Positions 43,115-54,393 are shown, counted from the stretch's first letter. The stretch is 64,000 bases of DNA from an uncultured Phycisphaerales bacterium (GCA_963758525.1 CAVWVQ010000002.1:256001-320000); one strand, 5' to 3'. The notes: a model not told the origin generated them from the sequence alone. Numbers and translations are program-made.

Positions 43115-45807
43115 CAGGCGACCGACGCGGTTCCTTCCTCGAAATCCAGATCCGGATCGCGCGCAGCGACAGGCTGCGGCACGGACTCCGCCTGTGGCGC
43201 CGGCGTGGCAATCTCCGCAATGGGCTTGGGGGCCTCTGCCGCGGGTTTCTTGGCGAGCACGGGATAAAAGCCGGCCTTCTCAGCCGCGGCGTCGATCAGG
43301 CCCAGGGCCGGATTGACCACGCGCCAGCGATTGACCAGATACATGCTCCACCATGCCATCGGAATCAGCAGCGCAGGCCTGCTGAACGGCCAGGTATGAT
43401 AAATGAGCAGGCCGGCCAGAATGCAGCTTGCTCCGAGCAGCGCGAAGCAGAAGTTGCTCATGATCGGCTCGACGCGGATGCGCGTGAGCTTGCCGACGTG
43501 ATGATGATGCTCGGTGGCAGTCGTCAGCCGGATTTTGATATACCGGCTGCCGAAGATTTCCAGATCCCATCCGTTCCATCCGCTGTCGAGCCGATAGCGC
43601 CACCCGGCCGCGCGGACTTCTTCGTTGATCTTGTCCAGTAGGACGAATCGGCCGTGCTGCGCGCTCCAGTAGCGCAGGCTCGAATAGTCCGCCGGATCAA
43701 AGGGCAACTCGCGCAAGCGCAGATAGCCGCTGGCGTCGCGCCGCATCACCTTGTTCTTCAGCCGCACTGAATAGCGTGCCCAGCCCCGCGTGATTGGCTG
43801 GCGGAAATGCAGCAGTGCGATGAGAGGGCGCGAAAGCCAGTGCGTATGCTTCGTCTGCGGCGCCTGGGCGGCGGCGATGCTGGAAAGCACCATCGGCGTC
43901 AGGAACATCATCAGCGCCACCAGGAGCAGCGGAGGGAATGCCAGCCCCAGAAGGACCACAAACATCGCGAGCAGATGCCATTCGATGCTCATCATCATCA
44001 TGAGCACCAGCGATGCGGGACGACGGTAAATTGTCTGGAACAAACCGGTTCCAAACAGTCCGTGATAGATCACGTCGCCGCCGATGCGAATGCCAATCTC
44101 ATCCCCGCCGTAAATTTTCCCGCGCCAATGGCTGGCGCCCAGCGTGTTGAAGTGATCGGGATGCTTGTACTTGAGCAGGGCCTCGGCTTCGCCGTAGCCG
44201 CGCTGCTGCTTGAGATAGGCCTTGACGGTGTTCCGGCGGTAATGCCACACCTGCGCGGCCGGCGAGAATCCGATCGAGTAGCCCAGGTCCTGCAGACGCC
44301 AGATGACATCGACGTCGTCGCCCGCCTTGCGGAACTGCGGATCGAACCCGTTCACCTGCTTGAGCGCCCACGTGTAGAACGCCATGTTGCAGCCGGGCAC
44401 GTGCTCGGCGGTGCGATCGTCAACCATTACATGCGTGGGTCCGCCCGGCGAAAGTCCGACGCAATCCGCCACCCAGCTTCCCTCGTCGGGAATCAGATTC
44501 GGGCCGCCCATCCCAACAAAACCGCTGCGAACCAGCGCCAGCGCCAGATAGTAGAGCCAGTCTTCGTCAGCTTCGCAGTCGCTGTCGGTATAGACAACGA
44601 TCTCACCGCGCGCCGCGTTCATGCCGACGTTGCGGGCGAAGCTCAATCCCATGTTCTTCTGGCGGATGTTCCGCACCCAGGGGAATTTCTTGAGAATCTC
44701 CTGAGTGTTGTCGGTGCTCCCGTCGTCAACGAAGACGACTTCAAAATCGGGATATTTGAGCCGCTCCATCGAGCTCAGGCACGATTCAACCGTACTGGCG
44801 CCGTTGTAGGAGCAGACCACAACGCTCACTTTCGGCAGCTTCACATCGGCCACCTGCGGCGCGCGCAGAAAGATCTGCTTCACGGCTTCATACGACGGCT
44901 TGGGCGATCGATCGCGCCGAACCAGCCCGAACGACCAGTCTTCAATCTGGTAGCCGTGGGTGAACCAATCGTCGGTGAAGCTGAAGAGGAAGACGCCGAC
45001 AGCGCCCTCGTCGAAGATGGCGCGCATCTGCGCCGCAAGAATCTCCGCCTGCCGGGGCTCGGAATATTCGCGATACGTATCGATCCCGTATTCGCCCAGC
45101 AGCAACGGCAGATCGCGGGCGATGTTCTGCAGGCGCGCCATATAGTTGCGGAAAACCTGCTCGTCGTGGAGATAGACGTTGAAGCAGACAAAGTCGATCT
45201 TTGACGGCCGCAGGTATTCGGTCGTCGGAAAATTCGCGAAGGTGAAGAGGCAGTTGGGCGCTTCAGACTTGCCCACGTCGATCAAGTCATCGACGAATTC
45301 TTCAATCGCGGACCGTCCGCAGAAGCGCACGATGTCGGGAGGAATTTCATTGACGACGCTGATGGCGAAAATGGCCGGATGATTGCCGCACTCACGGGCG
45401 GCGTTGCGGACGGCGGCCTGCGCCTGTGCGGTGACCTTCGCATCGCCGCAGAACGTCAGATTCTTCGGCCAGCTCACATCCAGAAAAACCTTGAGGCCCA
45501 TTTCCTGGGCCAGATCCAGGAACCAGCGGGGCGGGATGTGATAGACCCGCAGGCAATTGCCTCCCATGTCGGCGATTTGCTGAAAATCGCGCCGGACCTG
45601 CTGCCGCTCCGGAAGAAATAGTCCTTCGCGGTTTTTGGCAAACGGGCCGTAAGTCACGCCCTTCACATAGAACTTGTCGTTCCCCAGCCGGAAGAACTTT
45701 CCGTCACGGCGAACGCGGTCGCTGACCACCTGCGCCAGGCGCTGGCGCGAGCCGGCAAGGAACTGAGCAGACGAGGAGGACGCTGGCTTGGCAGTTACCG
45801 ACGACAT
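43114..45807 (-). CDS. GH-A (GH2-like) TIM barrel fused to a GT2 glycosyltransferase with membrane segments
   Basis: KGVTYGPF, VVNE and LLGEYG, followed by VSVVVCSYN, DDGSTD, TDSD and AGDDVD. Confidence 0.8.
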   Translation of the reverse strand: MSSVTAKPASSSSAQFLAGSRQRLAQVVSDRVRRDGKFFRLGNDKFYVKGVTYGPFAKNREGLFLPERQQVRRDFQQIADMGGNCLRVYHIPPRWFLDLAQEMGLKVFLDVSWPKNLTFCGDAKVTAQAQAAVRNAARECGNHPAIFAISVVNEIPPDIVRFCGRSAIEEFVDDLIDVGKSEAPNCLFTFANFPTTEYLRPSKIDFVCFNVYLHDEQVFRNYMARLQNIARDLPLLLGEYGIDTYREYSEPRQAEILAAQMRAIFDEGAVGVFLFSFTDDWFTHGYQIEDWSFGLVRRDRSPKPSYEAVKQIFLRAPQVADVKLPKVSVVVCSYNGASTVESCLSSMERLKYPDFEVVFVDDGSTDNTQEILKKFPWVRNIRQKNMGLSFARNVGMNAARGEIVVYTDSDCEADEDWLYYLALALVRSGFVGMGGPNLIPDEGSWVADCVGLSPGGPTHVMVDDRTAEHVPGCNMAFYTWALKQVNGFDPQFRKAGDDVDVIWRLQDLGYSIGFSPAAQVWHYRRNTVKAYLKQQRGYGEAEALLKYKHPDHFNTLGASHWRGKIYGGDEIGIRIGGDVIYHGLFGTGLFQTIYRRPASLVLMMMMSIEWHLLAMFVVLLGLAFPPLLLVALMMFLTPMVLSSIAAAQAPQTKHTHWLSRPLIALLHFRQPITRGWARYSVRLKNKVMRRDASGYLRLRELPFDPADYSSLRYWSAQHGRFVLLDKINEEVRAAGWRYRLDSGWNGWDLEIFGSRYIKIRLTTATEHHHHVGKLTRIRVEPIMSNFCFALLGASCILAGLLIYHTWPFSRPALLIPMAWWSMYLVNRWRVVNPALGLIDAAAEKAGFYPVLAKKPAAEAPKPIAEIATPAPQAESVPQPVAARDPDLDFEEGTASVA

Positions 45808-46198
45808 AGACGCAAACCTTTGGAAGCAGACTATCTTAGGAAACTATACCACACCCACCTACGGAAAAATTCAACAGCAAAAGTGCCGCCACAAAGCAGA
45901 CAATGTCAGGCGAGCACTGGTTGGGAAGAAATATTCCGTCGATTATCAACACTGTCCGATAATTGTTGCGCGGAGGCTCAGCGACGAGGGGCGCGCCCAA
46001 ATCCGGGAACTGCTTTCCGGCCTGCTCCCCTCGTAGCCGGGGGGAGGAACAAGGTGGGGGCAAGCAGAAATGTCCAAGGCCCAATGGCCAACAAAGCACC
46101 AAACCCCAAATCCCAAGGCTAATTCTCGCATTGGTCATTGCGGCTTGGGATTTTGTTGGCCATTGGGAATTGGCCATTTCTTCGTCACGCCCGTCGGG

Positions 46199-46341
46199 GG
46201 GTGTAACTTTTATTTGTGGCGATTGCAGATTTTGCGATCGTAGGGCGGGATTCATCCCGCCGTTTTCTCAGCCGGCCAACAAATCGGCGGGATGAATCCC
46301 GCCCTACTCGGAGCCGATCGCCACTTTCGAGCGCCACACCC
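46199..46341. mobile_element. 143-bp MITE, copy 2 (inverted relative to copy 1)
   Basis: Reverse complement of 32610-32752; 8-bp duplication ccgtcggg (46191-46198 and 46342-46349). Confidence 0.85.
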
Positions 46342-46455
46342 CCGTCGGGCCAGTCGCTGGTTCGGCGTTGACCGACGCACATCCTCCAGCTAAAAGTGCG
46401 CATCATCGGAGCGATCGCCTCATCCTGTCGAAACCCCCAACCGTGAACTCCCACC

Positions 46456-47328
46456 ATGCGCCTCTCCATCGACCAGGTCGTTGATTCCTTCGGGATCGCG
46501 ACCGAAGAGAATCTCGGCGAACCCGCCCGCAACCAGCAGATCGTCGAGCTTCCCGGCGAGGGAGAGCTGTGGATTGCCGGAGATATCCATGACCATCGCC
46601 GCAACTTCGAGCGCATCGTTCAGGCGGCCGATCTGGGCAGCCATCGCTCGCGTCATCTGATTCTCCAGGAGCTGATCCATGGCGACCGATTTGATGCAAA
46701 GGGAGCCGACGGCAGCTGGGAAATCCTCTATCGCGCGGCGGAACTCAAATGCGACTTCCCCAATCAGGTTCATTTCCTGATGGCCAACCACGATCTGGCT
46801 CAGATCTTTGGCGAAGGAATCATGAAGGCGGGGTTGAGCGTCTGCGAGGCGTTCAACTCCGGGATCCGCCGCGATTTCGGAAATCGCTTCGGCCTGGTCA
46901 ACGCGTCGATCACCGAATTTCTCCTCTCCATGCCCCTGGCGGTCAGGACTGCAAATGGGTTGTTCGCATGTCACAGCCTGCCTGCTGATCAGGAGATTGA
47001 TTCGTTCGACTACGGTGTTCTCTCCCGCGAACTGACCGGCGCCGACTACCTGCGAAAGACCGGTCCGGTTTATCAATTGGTCTGGGGTCGTAACATCACC
47101 CCCGCCGCCACCGCGCGATTCGCCGAGAAAGTCGGGGCGCGCCTTTTGATCACCGGCCATCAGCCTCAAGAGTCGGGGTTCCTGGTCAACGGGGAACACC
47201 ATCTCATTATCGCCACCGATCACAATCACGGCGTGGTGTTGCGGGCGAATCTCGCGGAGCAGTATACGATGGAAACGCTGACACCCTGCGTCGAGGCCGT
47301 GGCCGCGCTGGGACATGAATTCGAATGA
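46456..47328 (+). CDS. Calcineurin-like metallophosphoesterase
   Basis: GDIHD, ANHD, CHS and TGHQ motifs. Confidence 0.75.
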   Translation: MRLSIDQVVDSFGIATEENLGEPARNQQIVELPGEGELWIAGDIHDHRRNFERIVQAADLGSHRSRHLILQELIHGDRFDAKGADGSWEILYRAAELKCDFPNQVHFLMANHDLAQIFGEGIMKAGLSVCEAFNSGIRRDFGNRFGLVNASITEFLLSMPLAVRTANGLFACHSLPADQEIDSFDYGVLSRELTGADYLRKTGPVYQLVWGRNITPAATARFAEKVGARLLITGHQPQESGFLVNGEHHLIIATDHNHGVVLRANLAEQYTMETLTPCVEAVAALGHEFE

Positions 47329-47492
47329 GGGCTTCGTCAAATCCGAATGACGAAACCGCCCGGGGAAAATCCGAATGACGAAACCAGAAACCAGAATCAA
47401 GCCCGAATGACGAATGACTGAATGAAGATTGCGTTTTGGAGACCCAAACGAACTTTCAAGTTTCTTCATTCGGTCATTCGTCATTCGGGTTT
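47323..47492. repeat. Heptamer-type repeat palindrome (gaatgac / gtcattc units)
   Basis: Several ccgaatgacga units followed by inverted tcattcg units. Confidence 0.6.
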
Positions 47493-47592
47493 CCCAGGCT
47501 TCCCGCGACGCCGGGGGTGACCTCCCGATCGAGACAACCCCCCGATCCATCCGTAGAATCACCAGATCGAGTCTTTTGCTCGCACTTGCGCC

Positions 47593-48828
47593 ATGAGCGT
47601 TCAAAATTCAACTTTGTCATGGATCGCCGGTCAGCAGTCGGCGATGGAATCGCTCCTGCGTGAACTGTGTGACATCAACAGCGGCAGCGAAAATCTTGCC
47701 GGGCTGGCGAACGTGAGCGCGGCGCTCCAGCCGAGGCTCTCGCGATTGGGCGGAGAGATTCGCCGGATCGGTCTGGCCGACCGCGCGACTGTCAATTCCT
47801 GCGGGCAACTCGAGCAGTCGCCGCTTGCGCCGGCGATTTCTGTTCGCAAGCGGCCCGACGCGCCGCTGCGGGTTTTTCTCGGCATTCATATCGACACCGT
47901 CTATGGCCCCGAATCGGCGTTCCAAAAGGTCATAGCCAGCGGAGCCGATCGATGGGTCGGCCCGGGCGTGGTTGATGCCAAGGGGGGACTTGTGGTTCTG
48001 CTGGCAGCGCTCGAAGCTTTTGAAAGGAGCGATGCCGCCGATCGAATCGGCTGGGAGATCCTGCTCAATCCCGATGAGGAAATCGGATCGCCCGGGTCCG
48101 GTCCGCTCTTCGCGCAAGCGGCAAAGCGCAATCATTTCGGCCTGCTCTTTGAACCGGCGCTTCCGGACGGCAACCTCGTGTCGTCCAGGAAGGGATCATG
48201 GAATTACGCGCTGGTCGTTCGTGGTGTATCGGCGCACGTCGGCAGGGACATTTCCGCCGGCCGCAACGCGATTCATGCGCTGGCTCGCTGCATCACAGCC
48301 ATCGCCGCGATGCAGGATTTGGACCGCGGGGTCACCGTCAATGTCGGCCGCATCGAGGGCGGCGGCCCGACGAATGTTGTCCCTGATCTGGCAATCTGCC
48401 GATTCAACGTGCGATGCAATGACCTTCCCGAGCACGCGCGCGTCGCGGCCCAGCTGCGCGGCCTGGTCGCTGGGACGAACGCCAACGGTATCGCCGCCGA
48501 GCTGCACGGGACGGCGAGTTGTCCGCCGAAACCGATCGACGACGCCACAGCGAGGCTCTTCGACACCGTGTCTCTCTGCGGAAAGGATTTGGGCTTGCAT
48601 CTGACGTGGCGTCCGACCGGCGGCGTCTGCGACGGCAATCGTCTGGCCGCGGCCGGGCTTCCCACCATTGACACCATGGGTCCTCGCGGAGGAAATCTTC
48701 ACAGCGATTCGGAGTACATTATCCTCGAAAGCCTCATGGAGCGGGCGTCGCTCTGTGCGATGGTCTTGCTTCATTTTGCTCAAAGTAAAGACTCTTCCCC
48801 CGTGGCATGGGCGTCTTGCCCATGCTAG
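47593..48828 (+). CDS. M20-family metallopeptidase/hydrolase
   Basis: HIDTVY, GPGVVDAKGG, DEEIGS, FEP, DGN and HSDSE. Confidence 0.85.
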   Translation: MSVQNSTLSWIAGQQSAMESLLRELCDINSGSENLAGLANVSAALQPRLSRLGGEIRRIGLADRATVNSCGQLEQSPLAPAISVRKRPDAPLRVFLGIHIDTVYGPESAFQKVIASGADRWVGPGVVDAKGGLVVLLAALEAFERSDAADRIGWEILLNPDEEIGSPGSGPLFAQAAKRNHFGLLFEPALPDGNLVSSRKGSWNYALVVRGVSAHVGRDISAGRNAIHALARCITAIAAMQDLDRGVTVNVGRIEGGGPTNVVPDLAICRFNVRCNDLPEHARVAAQLRGLVAGTNANGIAAELHGTASCPPKPIDDATARLFDTVSLCGKDLGLHLTWRPTGGVCDGNRLAAAGLPTIDTMGPRGGNLHSDSEYIILESLMERASLCAMVLLHFAQSKDSSPVAWASCPC

Positions 48829-48936
48829 CGACGTGGGAGCAGGAGAACCTTCGATAGCGAGATCTTTCTTAAGCTCGACGCCGCTAGCATGGGCGGGACG
48901 CCCATGCCACGGAGAGACGGGCAGACGGTGGCCGTG

Positions 48937-50344
48937 ATGACTGAACATCCCGCAAACCAGACGCTTGCTCCGCTCGCGGCAGACGCCTTTCTGGCTGACC
49001 CGCGCGTCGCGGCTGCGCGCACAATGTTGCTTGACGCACTTGCCGGCCATCAGCGAACTCTCACCGGCGTCCGCCCCGCCGATCCGGCGCGTGTCAGACT
49101 ACGAACAGACCCTCAAAAGCTTCGCCGCCCTGCGCGGCGGCGAGCTTTATTATCCCTATCTCGGCAGCGGCATCGGCAACGGAGCGTTGGTGGAACTGGC
49201 TGACGGAAGCGTCAAGTATGACATGATCAGCGGGATCGGCGTTCATTATTTCGGGCACGGCCATCGGATCGTCGTCGGCGCCGCGCTGGACGCGGCGCTA
49301 TCTGACATCGTGATGCAGGGAAACCTTCAACAAGACCGCGAGGCAGTGGAACTCACCACCCTGCTCATCGAGCAGGCCTGCATCGGCGGCGCGCAGCTCT
49401 CCCACTGCCTGCTGACCACGAGCGGAGCAATGGCCAACGAAAACGCCCTCAAGATCGCGTTTCAGAAGAAGCATCCCGCCCAGCGGTTGCTCGCATTCGA
49501 ACATTGCTTTGCCGGCAGGACGATGGCGCTGGCGCAGGTGACTGACAAAGCCGCCTACCGCGTCGGTCTGCCGCCGATGCTTGCGGTGGACTACGTCCCC
49601 TTTTTTGACCCTGACGCGCGCGAGCAGAGCACCTCCGCAGCGCTGCGTGCCCTGCGCGGGCATTTGGCGCGCTACCCGAGGCAGTACGCCGCCATGGTGC
49701 TGGAATGCGTGCAGGGCGAAGGCGGCTACCATGCGGGCGATTCAGATTTCTTCCTCGCGATCTGCCGGGAATTGCGGAAGCATGAGATCGCGATCATCTT
49801 CGACGAGGTGCAGACCTTCGGCCGAACCACGCGGCTCTTCGCTTTCCAGCATTTCGGCCTCGAAGAATTCGCCGACATCGTGACCATCGGCAAACTCAGC
49901 CAGCTCTGCGCCACGCTCTTCGCGCCCCACTACAAGCCTCAGCCGGGCTTGATCAGTCAGACGTTTACCGCCGGCACGGCCGCTCTCTTCACCGGCCGCG
50001 CCATCATCCGCGAACTCGTCGACGGCAACTATTTCGGCCCAGCCGGAAAGATTCAGCAGGTGCACGATTGGTTCCGCACCCGCCTGCAGCGGATGGCCAA
50101 GGAGGTTCCAGGCTCCATCTCCGGCCCATTTGGGCTGGGGGCGATGATCGCATTCACTCCCTTTGACGGGTCAGCCGATACCGTAAAGGGCTTGCTGCAC
50201 CGCCTGTTTGAGCAGGGCGTGATCGCATTCATTGCCGGAAGCAGCCCCGCGAGAATCCGGTTTCTGCCGCCGATCGGCGCGGTGACCGAACAGGACGTAG
50301 ACACCGTCTGTCGAATTCTTGCCAACGCGATGTCGTTGAAATGA
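48937..50344 (+). CDS. Class III aminotransferase (succinyl/acetylornithine type); frameshift near 49093
   Basis: TSGAMANENALK, ECVQGEGG, IFDEVQT and VTIGK; position within the AST operon. Confidence 0.82.
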
Positions 50345-50351
50345 CCTGACC

Positions 50352-51431
50352 ATGCTGGTGCTTCGCCCGATCCAACTCGACGATCTCGACCAGTTGATGG
50401 CGCTGGCGACGCTCACGGGCTTCGGCCTGACCACCCTGCCGCGGGATGAAGAACTGCTGCGCGACCGCGTCATTGAGAGCCAGAGCAGCTTCGAGCGAAT
50501 GAGCAAGCGCCCGCGGGGCGAAACGTATCTGTTTGTGCTGGAGGATCTGCGGAACGGAAAAGTGGTGGGCACCTGCGGCATCGTCTCCAAGGTCGGCGGC
50601 TTTGAGCCGTTCTACGCCTACCGCGTGGAGACCTCGATTCACGAATCGGAAATGCTCTCGGTGCGCAAGGAGATCAAAAAGCTCCAGCTCGTGAAGGAGC
50701 ACAACGGCCCCAGCGAAATCGGCAGCCTGTTTCTCTCGCCGCAATATCGCAAGAGCAACAACGGCCGGCTGCTTTCGCTGGGGCGGTTTCTGTTCGTGGC
50801 GGAGCATCTGCAGCGTTTTGACCCGGTGGTCATCGCCGAGATGCGCGGCGTGATCGACGATCGCGGCGCATCGCCCTTCTGGGATGCGATCGGCAAACAC
50901 TTCTTCGAGATCGACTTTCCCCGGGCCGATTTCCTGAGCATGGTGAACAAGAAGTTCATCGCCGATCTGATGCCGACGCATCCGATCTACGTCCCGCTTC
51001 TGCCGCCCGAAGCGCAGGCGGTGATCGGAAAGGTGCACGAGCAGACCGAGCCGGCGCTGAAGATGCTGCAGGACGAAGGCTTTGTCTTCACCAACGAGAT
51101 CGATATTTTTGAAGGCGGTCCCATCGTCAGTTGCAAGCGCGACGACATCAGGACGGTCCGCGAAAGCCGCCGGGCGGTGATTGCGGATGTCGCCGATGAT
51201 CTCACCGGGCCGGACGACTTTGTAGTGTGCAATACGCGCAAGGACTTTCGTGTCTGCAAGGGAGCGGTCGAGACGTCGGCCGATGGTTCGATTCGTTTGA
51301 CCAGCCGCACGGCGCTTTCTTTGAATGTAAAAGTTGGTGATACAATCCGCTTTGCCGCAATTCGCGCCGCACCAGCCGTGGAGGCTTCGGACTTTGTCGC
51401 GGCGGATGCACATCGCGAACTTGGATATTGA
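50352..51431 (+). CDS. astA: Arginine N-succinyltransferase
   Basis: GLTTLP, YLFVLED, SEIGSLFL, IAEMRG, SPFWDAIG and DIFEGGP. Confidence 0.93.
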   Translation: MLVLRPIQLDDLDQLMALATLTGFGLTTLPRDEELLRDRVIESQSSFERMSKRPRGETYLFVLEDLRNGKVVGTCGIVSKVGGFEPFYAYRVETSIHESEMLSVRKEIKKLQLVKEHNGPSEIGSLFLSPQYRKSNNGRLLSLGRFLFVAEHLQRFDPVVIAEMRGVIDDRGASPFWDAIGKHFFEIDFPRADFLSMVNKKFIADLMPTHPIYVPLLPPEAQAVIGKVHEQTEPALKMLQDEGFVFTNEIDIFEGGPIVSCKRDDIRTVRESRRAVIADVADDLTGPDDFVVCNTRKDFRVCKGAVETSADGSIRLTSRTALSLNVKVGDTIRFAAIRAAPAVEASDFVAADAHRELGY

Positions 51432-51437
51432 CGCAGT

Positions 51438-52907
51438 ATGCCCCGAGCCCAGCACTTCATTGATGGCAATTGGATCACCGGCGACGGCCCGGAGATGATG
51501 TGGCTCAGTCCCGCCGACGGCAAGCCGACCTGGCGAGGTCATGCCGCGTCTGTCGAGCAGATCGACTCGGCAGTTGCCGCGGCACGTCGGGCGCTGGCCT
51601 TCTGGATGCGCCGGCCTGTCGCGGAACGCATCACCAATCTCGAAGCGTTCGCGAGCGAGCTGCACACCCGCAAGTCTGATCTGGTCGATGCCATCTCGCA
51701 CGAAACGGGCAAGCCGAACTGGGAAGCCGCAAGCGAAGTCGAGACGATGATTCGCAAAGTGCCGCTCTCGATCGCGGCCTATCGCGAGCGGCGCAGTCCC
51801 GGGGAAACCGAATCGGGCGGCGAATGGTCCGCCACGCGCTACAAGCCGCACGGAGTGTGCGCTGTGTTCGGTCCGTTCAACTTCCCCGGACATCTTCCCA
51901 ACGGGCACATCGTTCCTGCCCTGCTCGCCGGCAATACGGTGGTCTTCAAACCCAGCGAACAGGCGCCACTTGTCGCGGACATGACCATGCGGGCCTGGGA
52001 GGCGGCGGATTTGCCGCCGGGCGTCATCAACTGCGTGCTGGGCGGGCGCGACGCCGGCGCCGCGCTGGCATCGCACCCGGGCCTCGACGGCATCTTCTTC
52101 ACCGGCAGCTTTGCAGCAGGGAAAGCGATCAGCCAGGCGTTGGCATCAACGCCGGGGAAGATTGTGGCGCTCGAAATGGGCGGCAACAATCCGCTGGTGA
52201 TCTGGAATGCGAAAGATCCGGACGCGGCGGCGTATTTCACGATCCTCTCGGCGTTCATCACCGCCGGCCAGCGGTGCAGTTGTGCGCGACGATTGATTCT
52301 CCCCGCTGATGACAATGGCAGCGCGCAGTTGAAGACGCTCGTCGCCGCCACCCAAAAGATTCGGATTGGCGTTCCAACGGATCGGCCCGAGCCATTCATG
52401 GGAACCGTCATCTCCACCACCGCTGCCGACCACGTCCTTGCGGCTCAGGACGATCTCCTTCACCGCGGCGGCGTTCCCCTGCTGGAAATGCGACGTCAGT
52501 CCGCCAGCCCCGCCCTGCTTTCGCCGGGAATCATTGATGTGACAAACGTGCGCGACCGCGCCGACACGGAGATCTTCGGCCCGCTGCTGCAGGTCATCCG
52601 CGTCAGCGATTGGGACGCGGCAATCCGCGAAGCCAATAACACCGCCTACGGACTATGCGCGGGGCTGCTCAGCGACGACCGTGAGCTGCACGACCGTTTC
52701 TACGAATCGGTCCGCGCCGGGCTGATCAATTGGAACCGCCCCACCACCGGCGCCAGCAGCGCCCTTCCGTTCGGCGGCGTCGGCAACAGCGGCAACCACC
52801 GACCCAGCGGCTCGTGGGCCGCGGATTACTGCTCCTATCCGGTGGCATCGCTGGAGTCTTCCGCTTTGCGAATGCCCGCGCAGCGCCTGCCAGGGATAGC
52901 GGAATGA
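51438..52907 (+). CDS. astD: Succinylglutamate-semialdehyde dehydrogenase
   Basis: GPFNFPGHLPNGHIVPALLAGN, ALEMGGNNP, AGQRCSCARR and SGNHRPS..AADYCSYP. Confidence 0.95.
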   Translation: MPRAQHFIDGNWITGDGPEMMWLSPADGKPTWRGHAASVEQIDSAVAAARRALAFWMRRPVAERITNLEAFASELHTRKSDLVDAISHETGKPNWEAASEVETMIRKVPLSIAAYRERRSPGETESGGEWSATRYKPHGVCAVFGPFNFPGHLPNGHIVPALLAGNTVVFKPSEQAPLVADMTMRAWEAADLPPGVINCVLGGRDAGAALASHPGLDGIFFTGSFAAGKAISQALASTPGKIVALEMGGNNPLVIWNAKDPDAAAYFTILSAFITAGQRCSCARRLILPADDNGSAQLKTLVAATQKIRIGVPTDRPEPFMGTVISTTAADHVLAAQDDLLHRGGVPLLEMRRQSASPALLSPGIIDVTNVRDRADTEIFGPLLQVIRVSDWDAAIREANNTAYGLCAGLLSDDRELHDRFYESVRAGLINWNRPTTGASSALPFGGVGNSGNHRPSGSWAADYCSYPVASLESSALRMPAQRLPGIAE

Positions 52908-52950
52908 GAATCGGGTATACCGAGGCGCGTCAGCCTCTCATTCAATACCA

Positions 52951-53012
52951 GGTTAGCCGCGACGCGCAGCGGAGCGCTTCCGGACGCGCTCCGCTGCGCG
53001 TCGCGGCTAACC
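52951..53012. repeat. GTTAG-type REP doublet
   Basis: ggttagccgcgacgcgcagcggagcg plus an inverted copy; same family as the RAYT flanks. Confidence 0.8.
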
Positions 53013-53043
53013 GGAGATGCGCGCCAAGCTTCCCGCGCTCTCA

Positions 53044-54393
53044 ATGACCCCGATGCCCGCACGTGAAGTCAATTTCGACGCGATCGTCGGTCCGACGCAT
53101 CACTACGCCGGATTGGCGCACGGAAATCTCGCATCCCAGCGGTTCAAGCACACCATTTCCAATCCAAGGCGAGCCGCGCTGGAAGGTCTCGCGAAAATGA
53201 AGCGGCTCGCGGACATGGGAATCCCGCAGGCGGTCCTGCCGCCGCATGATCGGCCCGATCTTGCCACGCTGCGCCGACTCGGTTTTCGCGGAAGCCCGGC
53301 AGAGATTCTCGCGGCCGCTGCCGCTGACGATCCTGCGGTTCTCTCCGCCTGCTCGAGCGCTTCGGCGATGTGGGCGGCCAATGCCGCGACGGTTTCACCC
53401 AGCGCTGATACCGCAGATCGCCGCCTGCACCTCACGGTCGCCAATCTGATGAGTCAGTTTCATCGATCGCTTGAGCCGGTGACCACGACCGCGGTGCTGC
53501 AGAAGCTCTTTGCGGACGAATCAAAATTCACCGTGCATGCGCCACTTCCAGCGACCGCGCTCTGGTCCGATGAAGGCGCCGCCAACCACACCCGGTTATG
53601 CGATACTTTCGATTCTCCCGGCATCGAGCTCTTCGTCTATGGCCGCGACGATCGGGCGGGCGGTTCGCTCCCCCGCCGGTTTCCCGCGCGGCAGTCGTGC
53701 GCCGCTTCCCAAGCCGTCGCTCGCCTGCATCAGCTCGACCGCGAGCGCACCCTCTACGTCCGGCAAAATCCGGATGCGATCGACGCCGGCGTGTTTCACA
53801 ATGATGTGATCTGCGTCGGCAATCAAAATGTGCTGCTGTATCACGAAGCGGCATTTGCTCCCGCCGAAGCGGATCGAATCGCTGAAGCTTTTTTACGGGC
53901 AACCGGCGATTCGCTGCATCTCCTGCGCGTGACGGACGAGGAATTGCCGCTTGCCGCCGCCGTGGAGATCTATCTGTTCAACAGTCAGTTGATCACACTT
54001 CCCAACAATCGAATGGTGCTGGTCGCCCCGGCGGAATGTCAGACGAGTCCGCTGGCCCGCGCGGTCATCGATCGTCTGATCGATGAATCCAACCCAATTG
54101 ATTCATGCGTTTACGTCGACGTGCGCCAAAGCATGCAGAACGGCGGCGGGCCCGCGTGTCTGCGGCTGAGGGTGGTGCTGACGGATGCCGAACGAGCGGC
54201 GGTTGCGGGGCGCGTCTTTCTCGACGACGCTCTGTTCGATGAGCTGACAGTGTGGATCACTCGCCACTACCGCGAAGCATTATGCGCGGATGATCTTGCG
54301 GATCCTCAACTGCTGCACGAAGGCCGACGAGCTTTGGACGAACTCAGCAGTATTTTGCAACTTGGGTGTGTGTATGCGTTTCAAGGCCCGTAG
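53044..54393 (+). CDS. astB: N-succinylarginine dihydrolase
   Basis: EVNFDAIVGPTHHYAGL, SAMWAANAA, DEGAANH, GVFHNDVI and SMQNGGGPACLRLRV. Confidence 0.95.
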   Translation: MTPMPAREVNFDAIVGPTHHYAGLAHGNLASQRFKHTISNPRRAALEGLAKMKRLADMGIPQAVLPPHDRPDLATLRRLGFRGSPAEILAAAAADDPAVLSACSSASAMWAANAATVSPSADTADRRLHLTVANLMSQFHRSLEPVTTTAVLQKLFADESKFTVHAPLPATALWSDEGAANHTRLCDTFDSPGIELFVYGRDDRAGGSLPRRFPARQSCAASQAVARLHQLDRERTLYVRQNPDAIDAGVFHNDVICVGNQNVLLYHEAAFAPAEADRIAEAFLRATGDSLHLLRVTDEELPLAAAVEIYLFNSQLITLPNNRMVLVAPAECQTSPLARAVIDRLIDESNPIDSCVYVDVRQSMQNGGGPACLRLRVVLTDAERAAVAGRVFLDDALFDELTVWITRHYREALCADDLADPQLLHEGRRALDELSSILQLGCVYAFQGP

